Shown in pieces: positions 47,849 through 59,351 of a DNA stretch of 64,000 nt. This stretch comes from Alphaproteobacteria bacterium. GTDB taxonomy: Bacteria > Pseudomonadota > Alphaproteobacteria > Bin95. The stretch spans positions 448,001 to 512,000 of the forward strand of contig OZ224045.1 in the NCBI GenBank assembly GCA_963665325.3, written 5' to 3'. A model generated the notes under the pieces. It saw only the letters and a program-made list of their open reading frames with translations, made no database searches and was not told the DNA's origin. Within the stretch, counting starts at the first letter, position 1. Every line of letters starts with the position of its first letter. The translations under genes were made by a program, and so were the position numbers.

Positions 47849-48087
47849 GACGCCCGCCCCGCGAAGGGCATGCGGTAGCGGTAGACCCGCCGCCCGGTCC
47901 GCCTGTCCTTGTCCCAGCGGCCCTCGATGTAGAAGCCGTTCTCGCGCAGCTCCGCGATGATGCTGTTCACGGCCGCGACCTGCGCGCCGGCGATGATCTC
48001 GTAGGTGGAATGCTCGGCCCCGTCCGACAGGAGCGCGTGGACGCGCTGCAACCGTTCGGAAAACTCGATCCGGGCCGCATGCATCAT
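47845..48087 (-). CDS. Winged HTH protein
   Basis: RLQRV..LL.DG.EHST.EI....V.AVNS.IAELR.NG. Confidence 0.7.
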   Translation of the reverse strand: MMHAARIEFSERLQRVHALLSDGAEHSTYEIIAGAQVAAVNSIIAELRENGFYIEGRWDKDRRTGRRVYRYRMPFAGRAS

Positions 48088-48324
48088 GCGCTCACCCGGT
48101 CAAGGCCGAGGGGGGGGTAAACGGACCGGCCCGGCGGAACCGAAGTCCCGCCGGGCCGGACGCGGTCTCTCCCGCCGTCACGCCCACACAGTTGACGTTC
48201 CGGTCCCATGTCCCGGCCATGGGCAGCCCTACTCCCGGCGCTCCCACCGGCCGGCCTGTTTCCGCCAGCGCCAGCACGGTGGTCATCGCATCCGGTTTCG
48301 CTTGGGATTCTGGCATGGCGCCGG

Positions 48325-48819
48325 TCAGGCCGCCTCGGCGGCCAACAGCGGGTCGGCGAGCGCGTCCTCGATCAGCTCCTCGACCTTGAGCGGGATGTTT
48401 TCGCTGTCGATATCGTCGAGCCGCAACACCGTGACGCCATCCGCGGCGAACGCGTCGAAGTCGTCGAGGATGACCTTCGGAAGGCCCTTGCCATTCCGGT
48501 GGACCCGCATCGTGCGGATCATCACGATCACCTTGACGTCCTCGTCGTCGAGCCGGGCGTCGATCTGGAAGCGGAGCCTTTGGGCCCGGTTCGGCTGACC
48601 CCACTCGAGCTCGTTCAGGGCGTCGGCGAAGGCCAGCTCTATCCCCATGACGTCGAAACCGGACCTCGGCGTGACGCCATCGGTCTCGAACGCGCCGGCA
48701 TCGTGGACGACGATGCGATCAAGGCCGTTCTTGGTCTGGAAGTGCTCCAGGGTGCGGAGCTCGATGAGCACGTCCGTCGGGACGTCTTTCACCATGTAGG
48801 TATGCAGCAGTTTGAGCAT
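48325..48819 (-). CDS. Hypothetical phage early protein
   Basis: RBS GAGGA upstream; coding-like composition. Confidence 0.65.
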   Translation of the reverse strand: MLKLLHTYMVKDVPTDVLIELRTLEHFQTKNGLDRIVVHDAGAFETDGVTPRSGFDVMGIELAFADALNELEWGQPNRAQRLRFQIDARLDDEDVKVIVMIRTMRVHRNGKGLPKVILDDFDAFAADGVTVLRLDDIDSENIPLKVEELIEDALADPLLAAEAA

Positions 48820-48822
48820 GGG

Positions 48823-49140
48823 CTATCCTCTTGCTCGTTGGCGCCGGGGATCGAAGCCGGCCCCAGCTTCCGGCATGCGATTGCCAGAACCGCCGGGGTT
48901 CGCGCCCCGGCGGTTCGCTTCTTTCAGGCGCCAGACGCGCGTCATGCGCCCGGCATGGATGCCAAGCACCGACCAGACCCGGTCCTGCCGCTCCAGGCGG
49001 CGGAGCAGGTCGTAAGCGGCGAAGCGCGTTACCCCGGCACCGTCCGCCAATGCCGCCGTCGTCGCCGGCGCGGGCACGAGCTCGTAAGCCCGCAACGCCT
49101 CGAGCAGACGCTCGCTGCGGCGCTCGGCGAGGGCGCTCAT
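48823..49140 (-). CDS. Winged HTH protein
   Basis: TTAALA..AGV....AY..LRRLE....V. Confidence 0.55.
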   Translation of the reverse strand: MSALAERRSERLLEALRAYELVPAPATTAALADGAGVTRFAAYDLLRRLERQDRVWSVLGIHAGRMTRVWRLKEANRRGANPGGSGNRMPEAGAGFDPRRQRARG

Positions 49141-49385
49141 GCGGCGTCCTTTCGCTGCGGCGGGCGGGGGATGTCCGCCGGCCACTCGAGGTCCTCGGGC
49201 CAGTTCGCCCAGAAGTACCGCATTGCACGTTCATAGGTTTGGAGCGTGCAGCCACGCCGGCGACCATCTTTCAGGTCCCGGAAGAATTTCGCTGACCCAA
49301 CCGCCCGGAGGCCCAGTTGCCAATGCGACCCGAGGCCGTTTGCCGCCGCCGCTGCCGCCAGTATCAGGAGGTGATCCACCATCAT
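49137..49385 (-). CDS. Cro/Ner-like regulator
   Basis: Divergent from the repressor; KFF..L..G...TL.TYERAM.YF..NWP.DLEWP.DIPRP. Confidence 0.75.
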   Translation of the reverse strand: MMVDHLLILAAAAAANGLGSHWQLGLRAVGSAKFFRDLKDGRRRGCTLQTYERAMRYFWANWPEDLEWPADIPRPPQRKDAA

Positions 49386-49387
49386 TT

Positions 49388-49491
49388 TTGGATATTGCCA
49401 AAGTTTTCCGGGCGCAGTCAAACATATTTTGGCATTTTCCAAGATGCGAATTGAAGGCTTGTGCTTTTCATTCCAAATTGGCAAATTCCAA
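49388..49491. promoter_or_regulatory. Three repressor operators TTGG-N6-CCAA
   Basis: 49388-49401, 49429-49442 and 49478-49491, in the AT-rich cro/cI intergenic region. Confidence 0.75.
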
Positions 49492-49493
49492 GA

Positions 49494-50114
49494 ATGGAGA
49501 CAGACGAGCTCCTTGAACTGATAGAGGTTCGTCGACGGGCGCTGGGCCTATCGGAGAACGAGCTTTCGCTCGCGGTGACGACCCACGGCTCTTTGGTGGC
49601 GGACATCAGGCGCGGCAGGAGCCCCAGCGCCGAGCGATTAGCTAAACTCTGCCGTGTGCTGGAGTTAGAGTTCTACGTGGGGCCGCCGCGTCCGAAGGAG
49701 TCGCCTCCTAGCCAGCCTCGGACGCCGGCCATCCTGGCCTATCCGGTGGAGGCGGCGGAGATCGCGGGCGCGGCGACGCCGAGCGGCTGCATGCTGTTCA
49801 CTGCGACCTTCCTGCGCGAGTTCGGGTTAGACCCAACCCAGTTGCTCGCCATCGAGATCGAGAACGACGAAATGAAGCCGCTTCTCATCACCGGCGGATG
49901 CGCGGTCGTCGATGTCCGCCTGACCGAGCCGGTCGAGGGCCACATCTACGCCATCGAATCGGATGAAGGCCAGCCGCTGCTGCGCCGCGTCACCAAGGCC
50001 CGCGATGGCAGTTGGCAAAGGGTGCGTGATATCCCGGTCCGCGAGCCTCAGCCCTGGCCCGGTAAAGACAAGTGCCTCGGCAGGGTCGTCTGGGCCTCGC
50101 GGATGGCGTTTTAG
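49494..50114 (+). CDS. Phage repressor (HTH + S24-like C-terminal domain)
   Basis: N-terminal HTH (I.RG..PS.ERL..LC.VL.L); C-terminal IENDEMKP.L..G and C.GRVVW. Confidence 0.8.
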   Translation: METDELLELIEVRRRALGLSENELSLAVTTHGSLVADIRRGRSPSAERLAKLCRVLELEFYVGPPRPKESPPSQPRTPAILAYPVEAAEIAGAATPSGCMLFTATFLREFGLDPTQLLAIEIENDEMKPLLITGGCAVVDVRLTEPVEGHIYAIESDEGQPLLRRVTKARDGSWQRVRDIPVREPQPWPGKDKCLGRVVWASRMAF

Positions 50115-50138
50115 CACGGCGATAGAGGGGGTGAGCAG

Positions 50139-50531
50139 ATGAAGCGAGCCCTAATCGCGGTGGCTGTTGTCTTGTCGGCGGTAGTGGTACTCGCTTTGCT
50201 CGGTTCGCTTGTGCCCGAGACGGACGAGGAACGGGCAGCCCGTGCTGCCGAGAAAGCCGAGGAGCGTCGAAAGGGGTTTCACTGTTTGAGCAAATGGGAC
50301 GGCGCGCACTCGGAGCTGGAATATGCGATACGGCAGAGAATGCGAGATCCCGACAGCTTCGAGCATATCGAAACGCTGATCACGCCCGTGTCTCCGCAAG
50401 GCACCCATTCGTTGATCATGCGCTTTCGGGCGCGGAACGGCTTCGGCGGAATGAGTATTGGGGAGGTGACTGCCGAGGTCGAGACCGAGGGGTGTGGTTA
50501 CACCGTTCTCACAATCGACGACGGCGCCTAA
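50139..50531 (+). CDS. Membrane-anchored hypothetical protein co-transcribed with the repressor
   Basis: N-terminal TM; C...WDG.H, RDPDSFEHIET, FRARNGFGGM. Confidence 0.7.
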   Translation: MKRALIAVAVVLSAVVVLALLGSLVPETDEERAARAAEKAEERRKGFHCLSKWDGAHSELEYAIRQRMRDPDSFEHIETLITPVSPQGTHSLIMRFRARNGFGGMSIGEVTAEVETEGCGYTVLTIDDGA

Positions 50532-50556
50532 CCGTCTTTGCGACGCTAGACGTGTA

Positions 50557-50804
50557 GATTCCGCACTCGATGTGGCGACTCTGGCGCTCAGGAGAGTCGC
50601 CACATCGAGAGTCGCCAGATTGAGTCGCCACCTGACGACTCGGAGTCACCCGTTTCGCATTTCTGGCGACTCTCGCGATTTTGGTCGTTTCCGCCTTGCG
50701 CGCCCCCTCCGCCCTTATTTCACTTGCCCTTCAGCCCCTCACGCCTCTTTTCACTTCTTCACGTCACCTGGCGACTCCGAGTCAGATCATTCCCTACTCC
50801 TACA
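50557..50804. repeat. Prophage repressor-proximal end: TGGCGACTC/GAGTCGCCA repeats and TIR
   Basis: Six copies at 50573, 50594, 50609, 50622, 50664 and 50769; terminal CTACA. Confidence 0.85.
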
Positions 50805-53800
50805 CAGGCGCAGGTCGCGTGCAGCACGGCCAATGCCGACGGCTCCTATGACGTTCCCTTCGACTGGGCGCTGAAGCCCTCCGGCCTCGCCGCCGGCACC
50901 AAGTTCCGCCTGCTGTTCGCCACCTCGACGAGGCGCAACGCCTCAGCGACCGACATCGGGACCTACAACACCTTCGTGCAGACCCGCGCCAAGGCGGGCC
51001 ACAGCGCGATCTCCGACAGCTGCGGCAACCTCTTCAAGGTGGTGGGCTCGACCTCCGCGATCGACGCCCGCGTCAACACCGACACCGAATCGACCGACAC
51101 GGCGGCGCTGATCTACTGGCTGAACGGCGCCAAGGTCGCCGACAGCTACGCCGACTTCTACGACGGAAGCTGGGACAGCCGTGCGCACAGGACCGAATCG
51201 GGAGGGACCAGCAGTTATACGTTCGTATTTACAGGCAGCAATCAGGACGGCACCAAGAGCTCCTCCATTGCATTTGGTGCAGCGGCGGTTAGCACAGCCA
51301 ATCTGAACAGCGGCGGTCCACTTGCTGGCTCCGGTTCTACTGTTAACACCGCTACCCACCGCTTCCTCGCCCTCTCCCCGATCTTCACGGTAGGCACGAA
51401 GCCGCACGTGACCATTTCCGCGGGCACTTCGCCGGTGACGGAGGGCACGGCGGCGAGCTTCACCCTGAGCGTCAGCCCGGTCCCGTCGGCGCCCCTGGAT
51501 GTCGATGTGCTCGTCAGCGACAACTCCGACTTCGTCGATGCGGCCAACCTGGGCTTCAAGACGGTCACGGTCCCGGCCGGCGCCGCCACGCACGCCTACA
51601 CCGTCCCCACGGTCGACGACACCGCGGACGACGCCAGCGGTGAGGTGGCTATGGCTATCTTCCCCGGAACGGACTACACAAGGGACGCTGTTGTCGCCCG
51701 TGTCGACGTCACCGACAACGACGCCACGCTTGTGAGCCTTGTGGCGACGTCGGACGTGACCTTCACGGAGGAGACCCCGACGGACACGGCGGCGGTGACG
51801 GTGCGCCTGGCGCGGCGGCTCTACGCGGGCGAGAACCTGGCGGTGCCGTTCGAAGTCTTTGGAAGCGGGGTTGCACTCCAGGACCAGTTAAATCGAAGCT
51901 ACACCCTGTCCGTTTCGGGCACCGGAGTGACTGCAACGGACCTGACAGGCAGCACCGCCTATGTACGCTTCACCGGCCACGACACCGACATCGTGCAGGA
52001 GGCCACGGTCACCGTGACGCCGACGAGCAACGACGACGGCAACACGGCGGCCGGTTCCCTCACGATGGAACTTTCGACTCTCTCGTCCGGCGACTGGACC
52101 CACAGCTTCACCACCGTCGGCGGCGGGGGCGCGCCCCACGGCACGGACGACGAGGTGAGGCTGGTCTATGCCGACAACGACGTAATGTTCGACACCCTGA
52201 CCCTGCTCGACCTCGGCGGGCCGCGGATCCACCTGGACATCGGGACCTCGCCGGGAGTGACCGGGAGCGGGCGCGACTGGACCCTCGAGGAGGGGACCGA
52301 CATCGTGCTGCGCTTCAGCAACCTCACGAGGACCCTGCACAGCCAGGACCTCGTGGTGAACTACGCCGTGGCGGGCGCCAAACACCATGTCCCCGACGGC
52401 CACCGGGGGACCCGGTCGGTGACGCTTCCGGCGAACACGCGCTCGGTCCAGGTGACCCTTCCGACCGAGGCCACCACCGACGACGAGACCGACGCGGAGC
52501 TGTCGGTGATGCTCCTGGCCGCGACCCCCCCGATGGGGGAGACCAACACCCTGGGGACCTACACGACCAACTTCAGGCCGCTGAACTTCACGGTCACGGA
52601 CGGATCGGACGGGCACACGAACAGAATCCGTCCGCTCGTCACGGTCGAGACGTGGTACGCGAACCCCTCCAACGACCCGGACGAGCCGGACAAGGAGGAC
52701 CCGCGGATCGAGGGGGAGGACCTCCAGTTCGACGTCCGGTTGGCCCCGGCGGCGCAGGTGCCGTTCACGGTCTGGCTGAAGGTCGAGGAGACCGTCGGGA
52801 CCGGTTACGGCGACTGCGTCGCGGCCGGGCAGGAGCGGGTGCGCACGGTCCGGTTCGCGCCCGGGGTGAGCTGGCGGACGCTCCGCGTGCCGACGGTGGA
52901 CGACGACGTGGACGAACATGACTGCGAGGTGACGGTGTCGCTGGCGTCGGATGCCGCGGGCACGGTGCCCGCGCCGGCGCAGGTATTTGTCAACGTGGAT
53001 AGCGGGCCGGGCCGCGGCGGCTACGGTATCGCCGTGGGCTCCGGTTTCGACGTGAGCGGGAAGGCCGTGGCGACGCGGCTGGTCCGCGACAACGAGACCG
53101 GCCCGAAGGGGAGCGGTTCGGATGACGGGATCGGTCCCGTGACCCCGGGCGCGGGTCCGGCGGTGACGATCGCGGCGGACCGGACGCAGGTCGACGAGGG
53201 CGGCGACGTGACCTTCACGGTCACGGCGGACCCGGCGCCGGCGCGCGACCTGGAAGTGACCGTGTCGGCCGACGAGGAGATGGGCTCGGGCGACGACCGC
53301 ACCGGCGGCGGGCATTTCGGGACGGTGACGGTCCGGGCGGGCCAGACGACGGCGACGTGGACGCTGACGACGATATCGGACCAGGTCGCCCTGGCCGACG
53401 GCACGGTGACGGGGCGCATCGAGGCGGGCGACGGCTATACGGTCGGCAAGCCGTTCGAGGTGACGGTGGCGCTGCTGGACGACGACGGGGTCGTGACGCA
53501 GAGCGTGACCGATCCCGTGACCCCGGGCGTGGACGCTGCGCTGGTGGCCGAGGTGACGGCGCTGGCGGACGGACATTCCAACCCGGATGCGGCGGCGCGG
53601 CTGCGGCGCGTCGTCAAGGGCATGACCGGGGAGGACGGCGGCTACACGGCGGAGGAGTGCCGGGAGGCCGCGACCCGGCACGGCGTGCTGTCCACATGGA
53701 AGCCCTGGTGCGACGAGATTGCGCGCCGCGAGGCGCACACGCCGCCCGTGCCGCAACAGCAGCAGGTCATGACCCTGCCGGCGGTGAGCGTCTCGGCGGG

Positions 53801-55214
53801 TGCGGGCGTGACCGAGGGCGGGGATGCGGTGTTCACGGTGACGGCGAGCCCGGCGCCCGCGGCGGAGCTGTCGGTGACGGTGACCGTCGCGGCGACGGGC
53901 GACTTCGGCATCACCGCGGGCAACCGATCGGTGACGATCCCGACGACGGGCAGCGCCACGCTGACGCTGGCGACGGCGAACGACAAGGCGGACGAGCCGG
54001 ACGGCTCGGTAAGCGTGACGGTGGCGGCCGGCAACGGCTACACGGTGGGTTCCCCCGCGTCGGGCAGCGTGTCCATAGCGGACGACGACCTGCCGCCGCC
54101 GGCGGTGTCGATCGCGGCGAAGGCGGCCTCGGTGACGGAAGGCGGCGCGGCCGCCTTCACGCTGACGGCCGACCGCGCGCCGGATGCCGACCTGACGGTG
54201 ACGCTTTCGGTCGCGGAGACCGGGGGCGGCGACCATGTGGCGGCGGCGGACGAGGGTCCGGCCACGGCGGTCATCGCGAAGGGCGCAACGGAGGCGGTCT
54301 TCTCCGTCGCCACGGTGGACGACGACGTGGACGAGCCGGACGGCTCGGTCACGGTGACGCTGAAGGACGGCGGGGGCTACACGGTCTCGCCGTCGCAGGG
54401 CGCGGCCGCGGTGACGGTCTCCGACAACGACGCGGCGGCGCTCCCGTCGCTGTCGGTGGCCGACGTGACGATCGAGGAGGACGCGTGGATGGAGTTCACG
54501 GTGCGCCTTTCGGCGCCTTCGGCAGGGGGCGTTTCGGTGAAGGTGTCGACGCGCGATTCGACCCCGGTCTCGGCGACGGCGCGGAAGGACTACTGGCCGC
54601 TGTCCGGACGGACGGTGAGCTTCCGCGCGGGCGAGACCGAGCGGTCCGTCGGGGTCATCGTCTTCGACGACAGCCATGACGAGGAGGCGGAGACGTTCGA
54701 GGTTGTGCTGTCGGATGCCAGGGGCGCGGCGATCGCCGACGGGGTCGCGGTCGGGACGATCGTGAACGACGACCCGATGCCGGCGGCGTGGCTGGCGCGG
54801 TTCGGGCGCACGGTGGCGGAGCAGGCGCTGGACGGGATCGCGGGCCGCATGGCGGCGGACCGCACGGCCGGCATGCAGGGCTCGATCGCCGGGCAGGCGC
54901 TCTCGTTCGATCCGGCCGCCAACGACAATGCGACCCCGGGCCATGCCGCCTCCGGGTCTCCGGCCTCCGGAGGGACCGGCGCGCTGGCGCTGGCCGATGT
55001 CGCGCGGGCGTTCGGCGGCCAGTCCGGCCATTCCGGCCCGGCCGGCTTCGGTCATGACGCGGCCGGGTTCGGCAGCGGCTTCGACGGAATGCAGCCGCAA
55101 TCGCGGACCATGACGATGCAAGACGTCCTGCTGGGCAGCAGTTTCTCGCTGACCGGCGCGACGGACGGCTCGGGCGGCAGCATGGCGTTCTGGGGCCGTG
55201 CGGCGCAGGGCGGC
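50805..55214 (+). pseudogene. Autotransporter adhesin, fragment 2 (N-terminal domain + multiple Calx-beta-like repeats)
   Basis: Repeated V.EG..A.FT...T.DD..DE.DG.V.V....GYTV units; stops at a TGA created by the transposon end. Confidence 0.88.
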
Positions 55215-55361
55215 TGAGCGGGCGCAGGCTTTCAGCGGCGATCAGGGGCTGATCGGCTCGGATTAATCGAGGTTTTGGATTGGGTGCCCCCCGGCGATCT
55301 TGCAAGAAGGCCGCCGGAGGGCTTGTCTCGGTGACAGTGACATCAACCTGAGACGGCCCCA

Positions 55362-55976
55362 ATGTCGCACAAGCTGTTCCGGCACTCCAATCTCTCCAAC
55401 GCCCGGGTTTGGGATTTTCTGAAGCAGGTCGACGCGGCCGAGGCGGAGGCGTGCCGGGCGGCGGGTTGCCCGCGCTGCGGCGGCGCGCTTCACAGCGCGA
55501 GCTACCCGCGCAAGCCGCACGGTCTGGCGGCGAATCTTCGGAACGACGTTCGGCGCTTCAGCCTGTGCTGTTCGGTGTGCCGACGCCGCGTGAAGCCGCC
55601 GTCGGTGCGTTTCTTCGGCAGGCGCTTTTACGTCGGGGCGCTGTTCCTTGTGGTGAGTGCGCTGGCTGTGGCCGGCGGCGCGCGGTTGCAGACGATCGCG
55701 CGGCGGTGCGGGGTTCCGGCCTCGACGCTGAAGCGCTGGCGGCGCTGGTGGCTGGAAGCCTTCCCGCTGACCCGGGAGTGGCAGGCGAGACGGGGCGAGC
55801 TGGCGGCGCCGCCCGAAGAGGCGCCGCTGCGCCGGCTGCTGCGCATCATGCGGGGCCGTGGCTTCCGCTCGCGGCTGCTGCGGAGCCTGGTCTGGCTGAT
55901 GCCGTGGACCGGCTTTTGCGCGCTCGGCGCAGGTCCGGCTTCGCCCGCAGAAAGCGTTTCTATGATGCACGGATAG
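55362..55976 (+). CDS. Zn-ribbon/HTH accessory protein of the transposon
   Basis: CPRCGG...CSVCRRR and STLKRWRRWW motifs. Confidence 0.7.
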   Translation: MSHKLFRHSNLSNARVWDFLKQVDAAEAEACRAAGCPRCGGALHSASYPRKPHGLAANLRNDVRRFSLCCSVCRRRVKPPSVRFFGRRFYVGALFLVVSALAVAGGARLQTIARRCGVPASTLKRWRRWWLEAFPLTREWQARRGELAAPPEEAPLRRLLRIMRGRGFRSRLLRSLVWLMPWTGFCALGAGPASPAESVSMMHG

Positions 55977-56024
55977 GGCACCGCATCATCGGCACCTCCA
56001 CGAAGCAGCGAGGGGGATGCCGGA

Positions 56025-57499
56025 ATGAACAGCAACGACGGGAGCGAGCGTCGCGACCGGTGGGCGCGGTTGCGCTTCGCGGTGGTCGGGCCGCTTCTGG
56101 CCTCGCCGCCGCCGGCGGGGCGGCTGCACGCCGAGCTTGAGCGGCTTGCCGAACGCGAGTGGGATCACCCGTCCGGCAAGGGCCGGGTGCGCTTCGCGGT
56201 GTCCACGATCGAGCGCTGGTACTACCAGGCGCGGGCGGCGGACAACGATCCGGTGGGGGCGCTCAAGCGGCGCCCGCGCGCCGATGCCGGGCGCCCGCGC
56301 GCGATGTCGCCGACGCTGATCGAGGCGCTGCACGAGCAGTACCGGGCGCATCCGTCGTGGTCGGCGCAGCTTCATCACGAGAATCTGGCCGCGCGGGTCG
56401 AGGCCGATCCCGAGCTCGGCCCGATACCGTCCTACGCGACGCTGACCCGGGCGATGCGGGCTCGCGGGCTGGTACGCAAGCGCCGGCGCAAGTGGCATGA
56501 GAGCGAGGCCAGGCCGGCGGTCGAAGCCCGCGAGGTATTGAGCTACGAGGTCTCGCGCTCTCACGCCCTGTGGCACGCCGACATGCACAGCGCCAAGCGT
56601 CGCGTGCTGACCGCCTCGGGCGAGTGGAAGACGCCGATCCTGCTCGGCTTCCTCGACGACCACTCGCGCCTCGGCTGCCACCTTCAGTGGTACCTCGCCG
56701 AGACCGCCGAGGTGTTCGTCCACGGCCTTTGCCAGGCCTTCATGAAGCGCGGTCTGCCGAGGTCCCTGCTGACCGACAACGGCGCGGCGATGACCGCGGG
56801 CGAGGTCGAGGAGGGGTTGCACCGGCTCGGCATCGCGGGGGTCACGACGCTCGCTTACAGCCCCCATCAGAACGGCAAGATCGAGTCGTTCTGGGGCACG
56901 GTCGAATCGCGCCTGATGGCTCAGCTCGAAGGCGTCGACGCGCTTACCTTGAAGATGCTCAACGACGCCACCATCGCCTGGCTGGAGCAGGACTATCACC
57001 GCCGCAAGCACCGCGAGCTCGGCATGACGCCGCATCAACGCCTGGCCGGGAGCGTCGACGCGTCGAGATCCTGCCCCGGCTCGGCCGAGCTCAAGGCGGC
57101 CTTCCGCATCACCAGGAAGCGCACGCTCAGGCGCTCGGACGGCACCGTCTCGGTCGAGGGCATCCGCTACCAGGTGCCACAGCCGTGGCGCCACCTGCGC
57201 GAGGCCTGGATCCGTTACGCGCGCTGGAACCTCGCCAGCGTCGATCTGATCGACGGTCGAGGCGGCGAGCGCCTGTGCACGCTGTACCCCTCGACAAGCG
57301 CGGCAACGCCGATGGCGTGCGCCGTCCCGCCGGCCCCGGCGGCAACGATGGCAATGGCGGCGCGGGGACGGGGGAACTTCCGCCGCTGCTCAAGGGCATG
57401 CTCGACGCCCAGGCCGCAACCGGCCTGCCGCCGGCCTGGCTGCCCCATGACAAGACGCCCGGTCCGGGCGAGGACGAAGATCGGGGAGATGCGCCATGA
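56025..57499 (+). CDS. DDE transposase (rve core, Mu-like C-terminus); 1-nt frameshift at CCCC 57287-57290
   Basis: WHADMH, FLDDHSR, TDNGAA, NGKIESF. The natural C-terminus PLDKRGNA...LPPAWLP is in the -1 frame and ends overlapping the next ATG. Confidence 0.88.
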
Positions 57500-58329
57500 A
57501 CCGGGAACTGCTCACCTTCTACGGGCTCAAGTGGAACCCCTTCGCCACCGACCTGCCGGTCGACAGTCTCATGGCGACGCCTGCCGTCGACAGCTTCTGC
57601 CTCAGGATCGAGCGCCACCTGGTGCGCCAGGGCGGCTTCGCCTTGATCGCCGGCGAGCCCGGCGCCGGAAAGAGTGTGGCGTTGCGCCTGCTCGCCGACC
57701 GTCTCGGCCGCTGCGAGGGGCTCAGCATCGCCGCCATCACCCATCCCTCCTCCCGGCTGTCCGACTTCTACCGCGAGATCGGCGAGATGTTCGGCGTCGA
57801 CCTGATGTACAACAACCGCTGGGCCAGCTTCAAAAGCCTGCGCGAGCGCTGGCTCGCCCATGTCGACGATACCCGCATGCGCCCCGTCGTGCTCGTCGAC
57901 GAGGCCCAGGAGCTGCTGCCCTCGGTGTTCTCCGAGATCCGCCTGCTGGCTTCGACCGACTTCGACTCGCGCGCCATCCTCTCGGTCGTCCTCGCCGGCG
58001 ACACGCGCCTGCTCGACAAGCTCCGCCAGCCCGATCTGCAGCCCATCGCCTCGCGCATCCGCCAGCGCCTGGTCATGACCAAGGCCGAGGCCGGCGACCT
58101 CGCGGCCCTGCTCGACCATCTGATCGAGCAGGCCGGCAATCCCGGCCTCATGACCGCGGGCCTCAAGGACACCCTGGTCGCCCATGCCGACGGCAACCCG
58201 CGGGCGCTCACCGTCATGGCCGACGCCCTGCTCGCCGCCGCCGCCGAGAAGGAGCGCGAGGTCCTCGACGAGAAGCTCTTCATCGAGACCCTGGGCGAAC
58301 CCGCCAAGCCGAGGAGGGCGCGGCGGTGA
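57496..58329 (+). CDS. ExeA-like AAA ATPase (transposition helper)
   Basis: YGLKWNPF, GEPGAGKS, VLVDEAQ, SRI, GNPR. Confidence 0.9.
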   Translation: MNRELLTFYGLKWNPFATDLPVDSLMATPAVDSFCLRIERHLVRQGGFALIAGEPGAGKSVALRLLADRLGRCEGLSIAAITHPSSRLSDFYREIGEMFGVDLMYNNRWASFKSLRERWLAHVDDTRMRPVVLVDEAQELLPSVFSEIRLLASTDFDSRAILSVVLAGDTRLLDKLRQPDLQPIASRIRQRLVMTKAEAGDLAALLDHLIEQAGNPGLMTAGLKDTLVAHADGNPRALTVMADALLAAAAEKEREVLDEKLFIETLGEPAKPRRARR

Positions 58330-59324
58330 AGGGCTTCCCGACACGGGCGCCGGCGGAGCTCGAAGAGCGCCCCCAGGCGCGCCGCTGGATGGTCGAGGCG
58401 TTGTGGTCCGAGCAGGGCGTCGGCATCGTCGGCGGCGAGCCCAAGTGCGGCAAATCCTTCCTCGCACTCGACATCGCCGTCGCGGTCGCCGCCGGCGTCC
58501 CCTGCCTGCGCCACTTCCGTCCCGCCGCAAGCGGCCCCGTGCTGCTGTTCGCCGCCGAGGACGCCGGCCATATCGTGCGCGCACGCCTCCAGGGCATCGC
58601 AAAGGCGGCAGGCACCGCGTTCGAGACCCTCGACATCGCCGTCATCGACGTGCCCACGCTGCGTCTCGACCATCGCGCCGATCGCCAGCGCCTGGTCGAG
58701 ACGGTGGAGCGCGTCTCACCCCGCCTCGTCGTCCTCGACCCCCTCGTGCGCCTGCACGGCGTCGACGAAAATACCGTCGCCGAGGTCGCCCCCATGCTGG
58801 GCTTCCTGCGCGACATACAGCGCCGCTTCGAAACCGCCGTCCTCCTCGTCCATCACGCACGAAAGAGCGGCGGCTCCCGGCCCGGGCAGGCGCTGCGCGG
58901 CAGCAGCGAACTTCACGCCTGGGGCGATTCGAATCTGTACCTGCGCCGGCGAGACCGCCAGATCCTCATGACCGTCGAGCATCGCGACGCCCCTGGCCTC
59001 GAAGACCTCGAGATCGAACTCGCCGACGACGACGAGCGCCCCGCCCTGCGGTTGCGCGAGACGCCGGAAGACCAGGCGCCGGAGCCGGATACCCCCGAAC
59101 GGCGCATCCTGCAGGCCCTCGCCGACGCCGACGCGCCGCTCTCCCAGCGCCGGATCCGCGAGCGCGCGGCAACCCGGCCCGCAACCGTCGCCGAGGCGCT
59201 GCACAGGCTCGTCCGCGAAGGACGCGTCGAGCGCGCATCCGAAGGCGGATACCGCCTCGCCGCCCTCAACGGCAACGACCGCAGGGACACGTTACCGAAA
59301 ACCGTTACCGCCTCGAACCCCTAG
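58326..59324 (+). CDS. RecA/RepA-like (AAA_25) helicase-type ATPase with a C-terminal winged helix
   Basis: GTG overlaps the upstream TGA; WMVE.LW, GEPKCGKSF, AED, VVLDP, LVHHARK, LRGSS.L.AW.D. Confidence 0.85.
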   Translation: MKGFPTRAPAELEERPQARRWMVEALWSEQGVGIVGGEPKCGKSFLALDIAVAVAAGVPCLRHFRPAASGPVLLFAAEDAGHIVRARLQGIAKAAGTAFETLDIAVIDVPTLRLDHRADRQRLVETVERVSPRLVVLDPLVRLHGVDENTVAEVAPMLGFLRDIQRRFETAVLLVHHARKSGGSRPGQALRGSSELHAWGDSNLYLRRRDRQILMTVEHRDAPGLEDLEIELADDDERPALRLRETPEDQAPEPDTPERRILQALADADAPLSQRRIRERAATRPATVAEALHRLVREGRVERASEGGYRLAALNGNDRRDTLPKTVTASNP

Positions 59325-59351
59325 GGAGAGAGGGTAACGGTAACGGGTAAC
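59291..59351. repeat. Inverted iteron-like array: GTTACC x2 then GGTAAC x3
   Basis: 59291 and 59304; 59333, 59339 and 59346; straddles the helicase stop codon. Confidence 0.75.

Larger units (their letters stand above)
5329..50804 (-). mobile_element. Complete Mu-like transposable prophage (45,476 bp) with a P2-like contractile tail
   Basis: TGTAG...CTACA ends, 5-bp TSD CAGGC (5324-5328, 50805-50809), and repressor, MuA, MuB, Gam, GemA, Mor, lysis, head and tail genes in Mu order. Confidence 0.96.

Noticed and set aside
50724-50804. Apparent start of the 1497-aa ORF
   Set aside because: These codons are phage end sequence; the true N-terminus is at 5063-5328.
56025-59324. 1099-aa transposase-helicase fusion ORF in the track
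   Set aside because: Artefact of the 1-nt shift at ~57290. The middle part is an off-frame reading over the ExeA-like gene, and the helicase has its own GTG at 58326.
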